DNA from: Smithellaceae bacterium
GTDB lineage: Bacteria > Desulfobacterota > Syntrophia > Syntrophales > Smithellaceae
DNA: 38,466 nucleotides
NCBI GenBank assembly: GCA_028701435.1
Contig: JAQVQT010000001.1
Span: forward strand, 1 to 38,466
Reading direction: 5' to 3'
In this document: positions 1 through 8,073 of the stretch, one piece after another
Numbering within the stretch: position 1 is the stretch's first letter
Layout: every line of letters starts with the position of its first letter
The notes under the pieces: generated by a model
The model's input: only the letters and a program-made list of their open reading frames with translations
Database searches by the model: none
Told to the model about the DNA's origin: nothing
Program-made: the position numbers and the translations under genes

Positions 1-1
1 C

Positions 2-127
2 ATCAAAAGCACCGGCTCGCACAACCTGACCAATAACCTTTTCGGAATTGATTTCACTTTTGATCACGGCGTCAAGGTCTGGTCGGAGCAGTGGAGCGTT
101 TCGACGGGGCTGGAATACCGGTTTTAA
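2..127 (+). CDS. outer-membrane beta-barrel protein, C-terminal fragment (5' end outside window)
   Basis: Frame 2 is open from the window edge for 41 codons and stops at TAA 125-127. The translation ...FTFDHGVKVWSEQWSVSTGLEYRF ends in the Phe-terminal strand typical of OMP barrels. It is absent from the ORF track because it has no start codon, and it is too short for family assignment. Confidence 0.4.
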   Translation: MKSTGSHNLTNNLFGIDFTFDHGVKVWSEQWSVSTGLEYRF

Positions 128-294
128 AGAGAGAGGCCCGCGGCTTGAAAGGCTGCGCTTATTGTCACCGGCAACACGATCTTACAAAAGGAAATCCTGT
201 TTCAATTATCTCAAAATGATGTATAGTTTTCGCCGAAATGAACCGATCAGGTTCGAGATATCGGGGAAGAGGCCTGACCCGGAAAGGACCCAAG

Positions 295-900
295 ATGATG
301 GATGTCGCCCCATACCTGTACCTGATGCGTCATGCGCTGATGAAGTTCGGTCCCATTCCGGAATCCGAATGGGACCGGAACAAACATTTATCGGTTGAAC
401 TTCTTCATTTAAAGAAAGGACAGCACTTTGTAAAAATAGGAGATATCCCCGATAAATTGGGTTTTGTCGTCTCCGGTATTTTTCGCGTCTATTACAATAC
501 GGAACAGGGCGAGGAAAGGGTTTTCCTCTTCCGAAGCGAAAATCGATTTTTGTCCGCCTACCGGTCGGTTTTGGAATACGAGCCGTCAGGATTTGGTATA
601 CAAGCCCTTGAGCCAAGTTTTCTCATCTGTCTTCCGCTGAAAGAATATAAGCGTCTGCTGGCCGAGAGCACCTGCTGGAGCAATGTCAGCAGACAATATA
701 TGGAAGACCTGTTGGTTGAAAAAGAACAGCGGGAAAAAGAGTTGCTTTCGATCGATGCGACGTCACGGTATTTAAGCTTCAAAACAAGATATCCGGATGT
801 TGAAAACAGAGTATCCCAGTACCATATTGCGTCTTATCTCGGTATTACGGCGGTGGCCCTGAGCAGAATCCGCAAACGTCTGTGTGAAAAAAAGGCGTGA
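295..900 (+). CDS. Crp/Fnr-family transcriptional regulator (cNMP-binding-like sensor domain plus C-terminal HTH)
   Basis: This is track ORF 238-900. I prefer ATG 295 (MMDVAPYLYLMRHAL...), but ATG 238 is possible. The beta-roll segment is GQHFVKIGDIPDKLGFVVSGIFRVYY. The C-terminal HTH is SQYHIASYLGITAVALSRIRKRL, with V-x-x-S-R where FNR has E-x-x-S-R. Confidence 0.85.
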   Translation: MMDVAPYLYLMRHALMKFGPIPESEWDRNKHLSVELLHLKKGQHFVKIGDIPDKLGFVVSGIFRVYYNTEQGEERVFLFRSENRFLSAYRSVLEYEPSGFGIQALEPSFLICLPLKEYKRLLAESTCWSNVSRQYMEDLLVEKEQREKELLSIDATSRYLSFKTRYPDVENRVSQYHIASYLGITAVALSRIRKRLCEKKA

Positions 901-903
901 TTT

Positions 904-919
904 ATTAACCCGGGTTAAT
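904..919. promoter_or_regulatory. perfect 16-bp palindrome ATTAACCC|GGGTTAAT (TTAAC-N4-GTTAA); candidate Crp/Fnr-type operator
   Basis: Read directly from the sequence, 4 nt after the regulator stop codon (898-900). The 5-4-5 geometry matches Fnr-type boxes (TTGAT-N4-ATCAA). Its centre at 911.5 lies 41.5 bp upstream of the TSS implied by the TATTCT hexamer at 941-946. Confidence 0.5.
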
Positions 920-940
920 GAACCGCCTCCTATCTTGTTG

Positions 941-946
941 TATTCT
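941..946 (+). promoter_or_regulatory. candidate -10 hexamer TATTCT for the SDR/ThDP/MFS unit
   Basis: This is the only reasonable -10-like hexamer between the palindrome and ATG 1031. There is no good -35, as expected for a class II activator-dependent promoter. Prediction only. Confidence 0.3.
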
Positions 947-1030
947 ACCTTCCAAGTGAATCGTTGCCGAATGATCTTTGACGCACAAAGGCCTGTCTGG
1001 AAGCCTGTGCGGAAACGGAAAGGGAAAGAA

Positions 1031-2020
1031 ATGAAAACAGCTTTTGTCACGGGGGCAGCCGGCTTTATAGGATTGAACCTGATTGAGGAACTCAACCAGG
1101 AGAAAGAAGAATGGAATATTGCGGCTCTGTATCTGCCGGGCGAAGACATACGGCGTCTGTCTCCATTCGCGAATGTCCGTACCCTCGAAGGAAACATTCT
1201 GAATCGGGATTCTCTGCTGAAGGCCATCCCTGAAAAGGTCGATGTTGTTTTTCATTTGGCGGGCGATACGAGCACCTGGTCAAAAAACAACGCCCGGCAA
1301 TACAGGATTAATGTGGAAGGCACCGTCCATATGCTGGATGCGGCTGTTAAAAAGAAAGCCGGTCGTTTCATTTACACGTCATCGATTTCAGCCTTCGGGT
1401 TTCACGAGGATCCCGTATCGGAAGCGACGGTTTCCACGGCAATGAAATCGGGTGTGAATTACCACAGGACCAAATTTTTGGCTGAGCAGGAGGTTCGCAA
1501 AAGAAGCCGAATGCTGAAGACGGTGATTCTGAATCCCTGCAACGTCATCGGCCCCTACGATCGGGTGAATTGGGCTCAAACCATTCAGGGCATCTACAAC
1601 GGGAAAGTTGATGGCTACCCTCCGGGGATTGGCACCTTTGCCCACGTGAAGGATATTGCCCGTGCTCATGTACAGGCGGGCATTCGGGAGGACTTGGAAA
1701 GACAATACGTTCTGGGCGGAACACAGGCGACTTTCCAAGAGGCGTTTAACACGATAACGGCGGTTCTGAACAAGAAGCATTTGAATAAGCCCCTGTCAAA
1801 ACCGATGCTGCGGGCGGCTGTGTTCATCTTCAAACTGAAATCATGGATCGATAAAAAAGAACCCGCGCTCTCCCTGGAGAAATACAAAAGAATTGTCGGA
1901 ACACAGATCATCGATGACCGCAGGGCCGTCCGGGATTTGGATCACAGAAAGACGCCTCTCAAGAAAATGTTCGAAGACAGTTACAACTGGCTGCTGCAGG
2001 AAAATTTACTGAAAGAATAA
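1031..2020 (+). CDS. extended short-chain dehydrogenase/reductase (NAD-dependent epimerase / dihydroflavonol- or cinnamoyl-CoA-reductase-like)
   Basis: This is track ORF 884-2020. The start is placed at ATG 1031 (MKTAFVTGAAGFIGLNLIEEL), preceded by GGAAAGGGAAAG. It has the Rossmann motif GAAGFIG, the catalytic Ser region YTSSISAFG, and YxxxK as YHRTK. Confidence 0.85.
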   Translation: MKTAFVTGAAGFIGLNLIEELNQEKEEWNIAALYLPGEDIRRLSPFANVRTLEGNILNRDSLLKAIPEKVDVVFHLAGDTSTWSKNNARQYRINVEGTVHMLDAAVKKKAGRFIYTSSISAFGFHEDPVSEATVSTAMKSGVNYHRTKFLAEQEVRKRSRMLKTVILNPCNVIGPYDRVNWAQTIQGIYNGKVDGYPPGIGTFAHVKDIARAHVQAGIREDLERQYVLGGTQATFQEAFNTITAVLNKKHLNKPLSKPMLRAAVFIFKLKSWIDKKEPALSLEKYKRIVGTQIIDDRRAVRDLDHRKTPLKKMFEDSYNWLLQENLLKE

Positions 2021-2046
2021 TTTGTGGAAAGGATGAAGGTAACCCT

Positions 2047-3762
2047 ATGAGCGAAGAATGCGAAAGCAAGACCAAAAAACAGGGATGGGAACTGATTACC
2101 GATGCGTTTGTAAAACGCGGGGTTGAGTTTCTTTTTACGGTGCCGGGGGAAAGCATATCTCCCGTCCAGCGGGCCTGCGAAGGCACTTCCATCAGAATCA
2201 TTTCCACCCGCCACGAACAGTCGGCGACGTTCATGGCCGAAACCTACGGCAGAATGACCAGAAAACCGGGCATTGTGGTGGTGACATACGCCCCCGGTTT
2301 TACGAATACGCTGTCGGGAATACAAAATGCAAACCTATCCAATTCTCCCCTGATTCTGATTGCAGGGGCGCAGGGAAGAAAAGCGCCGGACCGGCTGGGT
2401 CTTCAGGATATGAAGCAGGAGCCCATCATCCAGTCTATGGTGAAGAAATCACTGGTCTGCACCCAGGCGGAGCGGATTCCGGAGTATATCGACATGGCGT
2501 TTCGTTATGCCGGCAACGGACGTCCCGGCCCGGTGTTTTTGGAGCTGCCCATTGATGTCCTCACTGCGGCGGTTGATCCAACAGCGGTAAAGAGTCTGGC
2601 GACAACGGTTCAGTCGCGGCCTGTCGACCAAAACGACGTCCGGAAGATGATGGAGATCATCCGGAACTCGAAAAAGCCGATGATCGTGACCGGAAGCGGA
2701 GTCTATTATGCCGATGCGGGACCGGCGCTAATCTCTTTCGTTGAAAAAACGGGAATCCCCGTATTTACCAGTAAATTTTCAAGGGGCCTGATTCCGGATA
2801 CCCACCCGCTGTGCTTCGGATCTTCCGTGGCGATCACTCCCGGCTGCGCTGTTTGGGCAACCGTCCTGTCGGACTGCGTTATCCTTCTGGGAACGCGTCT
2901 ATGCCTCTATCATGCAAACGGGGACTTATATAATCCGGCTGCGCGGATCATTCAGGTGGATATCGAGCCGGAGGAGATCGGCAGGAACCGTTCTTCCGAT
3001 CTGGCTGTTTTTGCCGATATCAAAGGGCTTCTGGATCAGTGCAACGCGTTCATCGACGCGGAGGATATCGGAAATTCTCTCCAAGAGGCATTTAAACCCT
3101 GGATCGATGAACTTCGAAAAGAACACAGGGAGCGCAAAGAGTTGCAGAAATTCACTACGGAAAGCAAAAGCATTCCGATTCACCCGGCAAGACTGGCAAA
3201 AGAAATCGACAATTTTATGGACCGGGCGGATGACGTCGTCGTGACCGACGGCGGCGATCTGCCGTCATGGGTGCTCACGACCAGAACGTGCCGCGGCACC
3301 TGGAATGAGATGGCTTCGGGACTTTTCGGCTGTCTCGGCGTCGGCTTGCCTTACGCGAATGCTGCAAAGCTAGTGCGTCCCCAAAGCAGGGTTTTGCTCT
3401 GTTCCGGCGACGGCTCCATGGGATTCAATTTTATGGAACTCGAAACCTCCATCCGCAAGAAAATTCCGATCGTCGTTGTGATCGGCAACAATAATCTTTG
3501 GGGGATGACCTCCAACAGCATGAGAGGCAGATTCGGCCATCTTGTGCCGGATACCGTTGAACTGGATTTTGTGCCCTATCATAAAATGATGGAAGCGCTT
3601 GGCGGCGAAGGGATGCTGGTTGAAAAACCGGAGGATATCCGGCCGGCCCTGGAAAAAGCCTTTGCTTCGGGAAAAACGACCGTCATCAATGTGATGATGG
3701 ATCCCGCCGTGATCGGTCCGGCATCGGAGGCAATGGCCTCGTTAAAGGACGCGGAGGTCTAG
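2047..3762 (+). CDS. thiamine-diphosphate-dependent enzyme, acetolactate synthase / oxalyl-CoA decarboxylase / 2-hydroxyacyl-CoA lyase superfamily
   Basis: 571 aa. The catalytic Glu context is TRHEQSATFMAE. The ThDP motif is GDGSMGFNFMELETSIRKKIPIVVVIGNNN. From memory, the C-terminal YHKMMEALGGEGMLVEKPEDIRPALEKAFASGKTTVINVMMDP resembles oxalyl-CoA decarboxylase more than AHAS. Confidence 0.9.
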   Translation: MSEECESKTKKQGWELITDAFVKRGVEFLFTVPGESISPVQRACEGTSIRIISTRHEQSATFMAETYGRMTRKPGIVVVTYAPGFTNTLSGIQNANLSNSPLILIAGAQGRKAPDRLGLQDMKQEPIIQSMVKKSLVCTQAERIPEYIDMAFRYAGNGRPGPVFLELPIDVLTAAVDPTAVKSLATTVQSRPVDQNDVRKMMEIIRNSKKPMIVTGSGVYYADAGPALISFVEKTGIPVFTSKFSRGLIPDTHPLCFGSSVAITPGCAVWATVLSDCVILLGTRLCLYHANGDLYNPAARIIQVDIEPEEIGRNRSSDLAVFADIKGLLDQCNAFIDAEDIGNSLQEAFKPWIDELRKEHRERKELQKFTTESKSIPIHPARLAKEIDNFMDRADDVVVTDGGDLPSWVLTTRTCRGTWNEMASGLFGCLGVGLPYANAAKLVRPQSRVLLCSGDGSMGFNFMELETSIRKKIPIVVVIGNNNLWGMTSNSMRGRFGHLVPDTVELDFVPYHKMMEALGGEGMLVEKPEDIRPALEKAFASGKTTVINVMMDPAVIGPASEAMASLKDAEV

Positions 3763-3788
3763 CCCGGCAAGGAAGGAAATCAAAGAGA

Positions 3789-5060
3789 ATGGGGAGGTGC
3801 AATTTGTCGACGAAACAGTTCCGGAAGGGCGGATTTTCATCCTGGTATGTCCTGATCATCTGCAGCCTCCTTTATATGATCAATTACATGGATCGCCAGG
3901 TTTTATCGATCACCGTAGAATATATGAAAGCCGATCTAGGCTTGACGGATACAGAAATAGGAATCATCCAGACCACTTTTTTTGCGAGCATGGCGGTGTT
4001 TGCGTTTCCTGCCGCCTATCTTGCAGACCGCTGGAGCAGAAAAAAAGCCGTCTCCCTGATGGGCATTATCTGGAGCGTTTTTACCTTCCTTACGGGCCTC
4101 GGCAGGAATTTTCTGAGCATTATCATCCCCCGCGCTCTGGTCGGCATTGGCGAGGCGGGGTTTACTTCCGGCGGCATTCCGATGATCGCAGCCGCCTTTT
4201 CTGCAAAGGCACGCGCCAAAGCCATGGGCATCTTCAATATGGCCATGGCTATCGGTGCGGCACTGGGCGTGGTTTTGGGAGGATACATTGCCCAGACGCA
4301 TGGCTGGAGAATGGCGTTTTACATTTTCGCGATTCCCGGCATCGTCCTCAGCCTGCTCGCACTTCTGATGAAAGATTACAGTGCGACAGAAGACAAGAAT
4401 GAATCGGCGCAGAAAGCCACCTTTCTCAGGACCATCACCACGCTTTTTAAAATACCAACTCTTCGATGGATATATCTGGGATATGCTATGCAAAATATTA
4501 TGTTCTTTTCATTTCTGACATGGGGACCGGCTTTTCTTATGCGTACCCAGCAAATCGACTCGACCAAGGCCGGCATGATCATCGGGCTTATTTCCATTAT
4601 GGCCATTATCGGGGCTGTTCTGGGAGGCGTGTTGGCGGATTCCTGGCAGAAGCGAAGTAAAAACGGACGAATGCTGACGGCAACGTTTGGATTGTTGTTC
4701 TCATCCATACTATTGCTCACAGCGATGTGCCTGGAATTCAGGGGGGTCGGATTTGTTGTCGGCATTCTATACGGCATTGTCGCAATTATTCCTATTCCGG
4801 CCATCACGGCCGTCACACAGGATGTGGCGCCCCCCTCTGTGAGAAGCGCATCGTGGGGCATGAATGCTTTTTGTTGTTATGTTTTAGGAGGCGCATGGGC
4901 GCCCATGATTGTCGGAATCATATCGGACCGGTTGGGCGGAGGAGGATACGGCTTAAAAATAGGGCTCTTGATTGCGACGACGGGCGGTTTCATCGGATCC
5001 CTATTTTACTGGATCAGCTCAAGAAGCTATGCTGCGGATTTGAAGAAAGTGGAAGAATAA
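3789..5060 (+). CDS. MFS transporter
   Basis: 423 aa and very hydrophobic, consistent with about 12 predicted TM segments. MFS motif A is AYLADRWSRKKAVSLMG. It starts 26 nt after the ThDP gene. Confidence 0.9.
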   Translation: MGRCNLSTKQFRKGGFSSWYVLIICSLLYMINYMDRQVLSITVEYMKADLGLTDTEIGIIQTTFFASMAVFAFPAAYLADRWSRKKAVSLMGIIWSVFTFLTGLGRNFLSIIIPRALVGIGEAGFTSGGIPMIAAAFSAKARAKAMGIFNMAMAIGAALGVVLGGYIAQTHGWRMAFYIFAIPGIVLSLLALLMKDYSATEDKNESAQKATFLRTITTLFKIPTLRWIYLGYAMQNIMFFSFLTWGPAFLMRTQQIDSTKAGMIIGLISIMAIIGAVLGGVLADSWQKRSKNGRMLTATFGLLFSSILLLTAMCLEFRGVGFVVGILYGIVAIIPIPAITAVTQDVAPPSVRSASWGMNAFCCYVLGGAWAPMIVGIISDRLGGGGYGLKIGLLIATTGGFIGSLFYWISSRSYAADLKKVEE

Positions 5061-5135
5061 ACAGTTTACGGACGGCTCTCCGTGGTTGGACGAAACGTTC
5101 TTCCTCTTCGTCTTTCAATGCGTCGGGCAGGTTTT

Positions 5136-6848
5136 TCACTGCCCCGGGGATGACGTCCCGCCTTCTCCAAGGGACTTGTGATATTCTTTGATCAGCGCTT
5201 TTTTGGGAAGGCCGACTTCGATGATGTCCCACGGCAGGAATTCATTTACATCCTTTTGACGATAGACGTAGAAGTCGGGATTGATGGTCACCTCTTTGAA
5301 CGCCCGCATCCAGTTGCCGTTTAGGCGATGCGCGGCCAGCAGAATGTCACCCACACGACGATCCCCGGAAGACAAGAGCGCCTGTACGTAGGCCCACTTC
5401 GGCACGTCGGCGATGACGTGAATCTGCTTGTCGGAGCGAAACGCGTGGGTTATCTTTTTGATTCTGCGCCCCACATCCTGAACCTCCGCAAGCGGGCACC
5501 ATTGGAGCGGCGTTCGCGGTTTGGGAATAAACTGATTGATGCTCAGCGTGATGCGCCGGAATTTCCGTTTTCCTTTTGTTTGGGCCAGCGCCGTGTGCTG
5601 GATTTTTTTGACCAGATCGATGATGGCGTCGATATCCGCATCTTCTTCCGAAGGCAGACCCACCATAAAATACAGGCGCAGATTGGACATTTCCTTTTCA
5701 ATCAAAAGCTTCGCGGCGTTCAGAATATCGTCCGTTGTGATCCCCTTGCGCAGCAGATCGCGCAGCCGCTGGCTTCCCGCCTCGGGGGCAAGCGCAACCG
5801 TTTCGATGCCGACCGCCTTGAGAATCTCGACAATATCTTCATTGATCCTGTCCAGACGCAGGGAGCCGATGCCCGCCTGCGCTCCGCGACCAACAATATA
5901 TCGGCAGAATTTTATCAGATCGGGATGATCGGAAACCGCCGTCCCGACCAGGCCGATTTTATTTTTTATCATGAGACCACGATCGATGGCGGACACGATT
6001 TCTTCATAGCCGCGGAAGCGCGGCGGCGCGTAAACAAAACCTGCCGCGCAGAAACGGCAGAGGTGAGGACAGCCGCGGTTGACTTCGACAAGAAACATGT
6101 CCGCCATTTCCGCATCGGCGCCGCTGACAACTTCGGTCGTGCAAAAAGCATCAATATTTTTTATGGGCAAAATCTGAATTTTCTTGGGCAGTCCCTCGGT
6201 GAGCGGCGCAATATCCTTGATCTTACCTTCGGGGAAATAGGACACCGCATAGAGCGAAGGAACGTAAATTCCCGGTATTTGTTTTTGCAAATTGTTGAGC
6301 AAGACTTTCCGGTCGAGAGTAAGCCGCCTGGCTTCGGCAAACACCCGCGCAAACTGCGGCAGGATTTCCTCGGCTTCCCCTAAAATAAAGACATCAAAAT
6401 AATCCGCCAGAGGCTCCGGATTGAGCGTCAGCGCGATGCCGCCGCCGATCAACAGCGGGTGCCCGCCCGCGCGGTCCTTCGATTTCAGCGGAATGCCGCT
6501 TGAATCCAGTATTTTCAGAATGGCCGGGTAATCGTTTTCAAAGGAAACGGAAAACGCCAGAACATCAAAATCACGAAGGGGCTTTCGGCTTTCCAGGCTG
6601 ACAAGTTCCACCGCGCCGGCGGCGTATTCGGCGTCGCCGCCGGCGGGCAGAAACACTCTCTCACAAAGAAGGGAGGGGAGCTCGTTGATGATTTTATAAA
6701 CCGTCTGGAATCCGAGATTGGCCATGCCGATCCGGTAAAGATTGGGATAGGCCAGGCAAACCGTCAGACAGGTTCCCCAGACTTTTTTCACGACGCCCCG
6801 CTCACGAGCCAGCAGGGTCTCGTATTTTTTCTTTTCCTTCCAGTTCAT
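5136..6848 (-). CDS. radical SAM protein with N-terminal B12-binding-like domain (resembles the uncharacterised TIGR03960-type family)
   Basis: This is track ORF 5136-6944. The start is moved to ATG 6848 (MNWKEKKKYETLLARERG), because the upstream 32 codons overlap the ftsZ 3' end. It has the CxxxCxxC motif CPHLCRFCAAG and the N-terminal segment VCLAYPNLYRIGMANLGFQTVYKIINE. Confidence 0.85.
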   Translation of the reverse strand: MNWKEKKKYETLLARERGVVKKVWGTCLTVCLAYPNLYRIGMANLGFQTVYKIINELPSLLCERVFLPAGGDAEYAAGAVELVSLESRKPLRDFDVLAFSVSFENDYPAILKILDSSGIPLKSKDRAGGHPLLIGGGIALTLNPEPLADYFDVFILGEAEEILPQFARVFAEARRLTLDRKVLLNNLQKQIPGIYVPSLYAVSYFPEGKIKDIAPLTEGLPKKIQILPIKNIDAFCTTEVVSGADAEMADMFLVEVNRGCPHLCRFCAAGFVYAPPRFRGYEEIVSAIDRGLMIKNKIGLVGTAVSDHPDLIKFCRYIVGRGAQAGIGSLRLDRINEDIVEILKAVGIETVALAPEAGSQRLRDLLRKGITTDDILNAAKLLIEKEMSNLRLYFMVGLPSEEDADIDAIIDLVKKIQHTALAQTKGKRKFRRITLSINQFIPKPRTPLQWCPLAEVQDVGRRIKKITHAFRSDKQIHVIADVPKWAYVQALLSSGDRRVGDILLAAHRLNGNWMRAFKEVTINPDFYVYRQKDVNEFLPWDIIEVGLPKKALIKEYHKSLGEGGTSSPGQ

Positions 6849-6906
6849 GGACCGTTCATGGCCTCCTTTGCGATCCAGCCCGCATTCGGACAGCCACGAT
6901 GTTTTC

Positions 6907-8055
6907 CTAGTCCGCCTGCCGGCGCAGGAACGTGGGAATGTCAATATCCACGTTTTCGTTTTCGTCGCTGACGCCCATTGTCACCACATTGGCCGGGTCG
7001 CCGGATTTGCTCCTGCGCATGAACGCCGGCGTCGATAAATCTTCCCGTCGAAAGCCGCCCAGATGCGTCACATTGGAGGGCGTCTGCTTCTTCCGGGCAT
7101 CCTCAAACCCCGTCGCGATCACGGTGATGCGGATTTCATCCTTCATGTTTTCGTCAATGACCGTGCCGAAGATGATATTGGCATCCTCATGCGCCTCGGC
7201 CTGAATCAGGGACGAGGCCTCGTTCACTTCATACAGGCTCATATCGGGCCCGCCGGTGATGCTGAGCAGAATGCCCTGCGCTCCCTGAATGGTGTTGTCC
7301 TCCAGAAGCGGCGAGGAAATCGCCCGCTGCGCGGCCTCGACGGCGCGGTTCTCTCCGCTGGCCGTGCCGGTGCCCATCAGCGCCATGCCCATGCTGCTCA
7401 TGATGTTCTTGACGTCGGCAAAGTCAAGGTTGATCAGACCGGGAACAATGATCAGATCGGAGATGCCTTTTACGGCCTGATAGAGAATATCATCGGCTTT
7501 CTTGAAGGCTTCCAGCAGCGAAAGCCCCCGCCCGCCCAGGCTCAACAGCCTCTGGTTGGGAACCACGATCAGCGTGTCCACCACATCGCGAAGCTGCACG
7601 ATGCCGTCTTCCGCCTGCGCGTTTCGTCTTTTGCCTTCAAACTGAAAGGGTTTGGTCACCACGGCAACGGTCAACGCGCCGCATTCCCGGGCCACCTCCG
7701 CGATCACCGGCGCCGCGCCCGTGCCGGTTCCTCCGCCGAGGCCCGCCGTGATGAAAATCATGTCCGCCCCTTCCAGGTGACGGCGGATTTCATCGCGGGA
7801 TTCCAGCGCCGCCTGTTTGCCGATCTCCGGATTGGAGCCCGCGCCCAGGCCCTTGGTCACTTCCGCTCCGATCTGGATCTTCACGGGCGCGCTGGATGCT
7901 CCCAGCGCCTGGGCGTCCGTGTTCGCGATAATAAAATCGACGCCCCGCAGCGTGTAGGAAATCATGGTATTGACGGCGTTCCCGCCGCCGCCGCCCGCGC
8001 CCACCACTTTGATTCTTGCCGAATTCTCGATGCATTCCTCCGTTAATTCAAACAT
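6907..8055 (-). CDS. ftsZ: cell division GTPase FtsZ
   Basis: It has the tubulin signature [14 protein letters not shown]-terminal [15 protein letters not shown], and the C-terminal peptide [12 protein letters not shown] prefer ATG 8055, which has GAAGGGGG 5 nt upstream, over the GTG at 8061 used by the track. Confidence 0.97.
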   Translation of the reverse strand: MFELTEECIENSARIKVVGAGGGGGNAVNTMISYTLRGVDFIIANTDAQALGASSAPVKIQIGAEVTKGLGAGSNPEIGKQAALESRDEIRRHLEGADMIFITAGLGGGTGTGAAPVIAEVARECGALTVAVVTKPFQFEGKRRNAQAEDGIVQLRDVVDTLIVVPNQRLLSLGGRGLSLLEAFKKADDILYQAVKGISDLIIVPGLINLDFADVKNIMSSMGMALMGTGTASGENRAVEAAQRAISSPLLEDNTIQGAQGILLSITGGPDMSLYEVNEASSLIQAEAHEDANIIFGTVIDENMKDEIRITVIATGFEDARKKQTPSNVTHLGGFRREDLSTPAFMRRSKSGDPANVVTMGVSDENENVDIDIPTFLRRQAD

Positions 8056-8073
8056 GCACACCCCCTTCTTTGT

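Noticed and set aside
246-262. A GGTTCGAGA motif resembling a tRNA T-loop.
   Set aside because: The flanking bases cannot form a 5-bp T-stem (TCAGG versus TATCG), and no acceptor or anticodon arms are evident. The motif lies just upstream of, or at the extreme 5' end of, the regulator ORF.
48-616. ORFs 48-398 (+) and 206-616 (-) in the left-hand intergenic and regulator region.
   Set aside because: They have no motifs and an Arg/Ser/Gly-rich composition. They overlap the OMP tail and the Crp/Fnr gene, both of which have real signatures.
884-1030. An upstream extension of the SDR ORF, 49 extra codons starting inside the regulator gene.
   Set aside because: The Rossmann motif must be near the N-terminus. 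ATG 1031 has a purine-rich ribosome-binding site. The extension would also read through the palindrome and promoter region.
5068-5112. Two small hairpins between the convergent MFS and radical SAM genes: ACGGA-N6-TCCGT, and GACGAA-N12-TTCGTC followed by TTTC.
   Set aside because: The stems are 5-6 bp with a large loop and there is no real U-tract. They are too weak to call as terminators.
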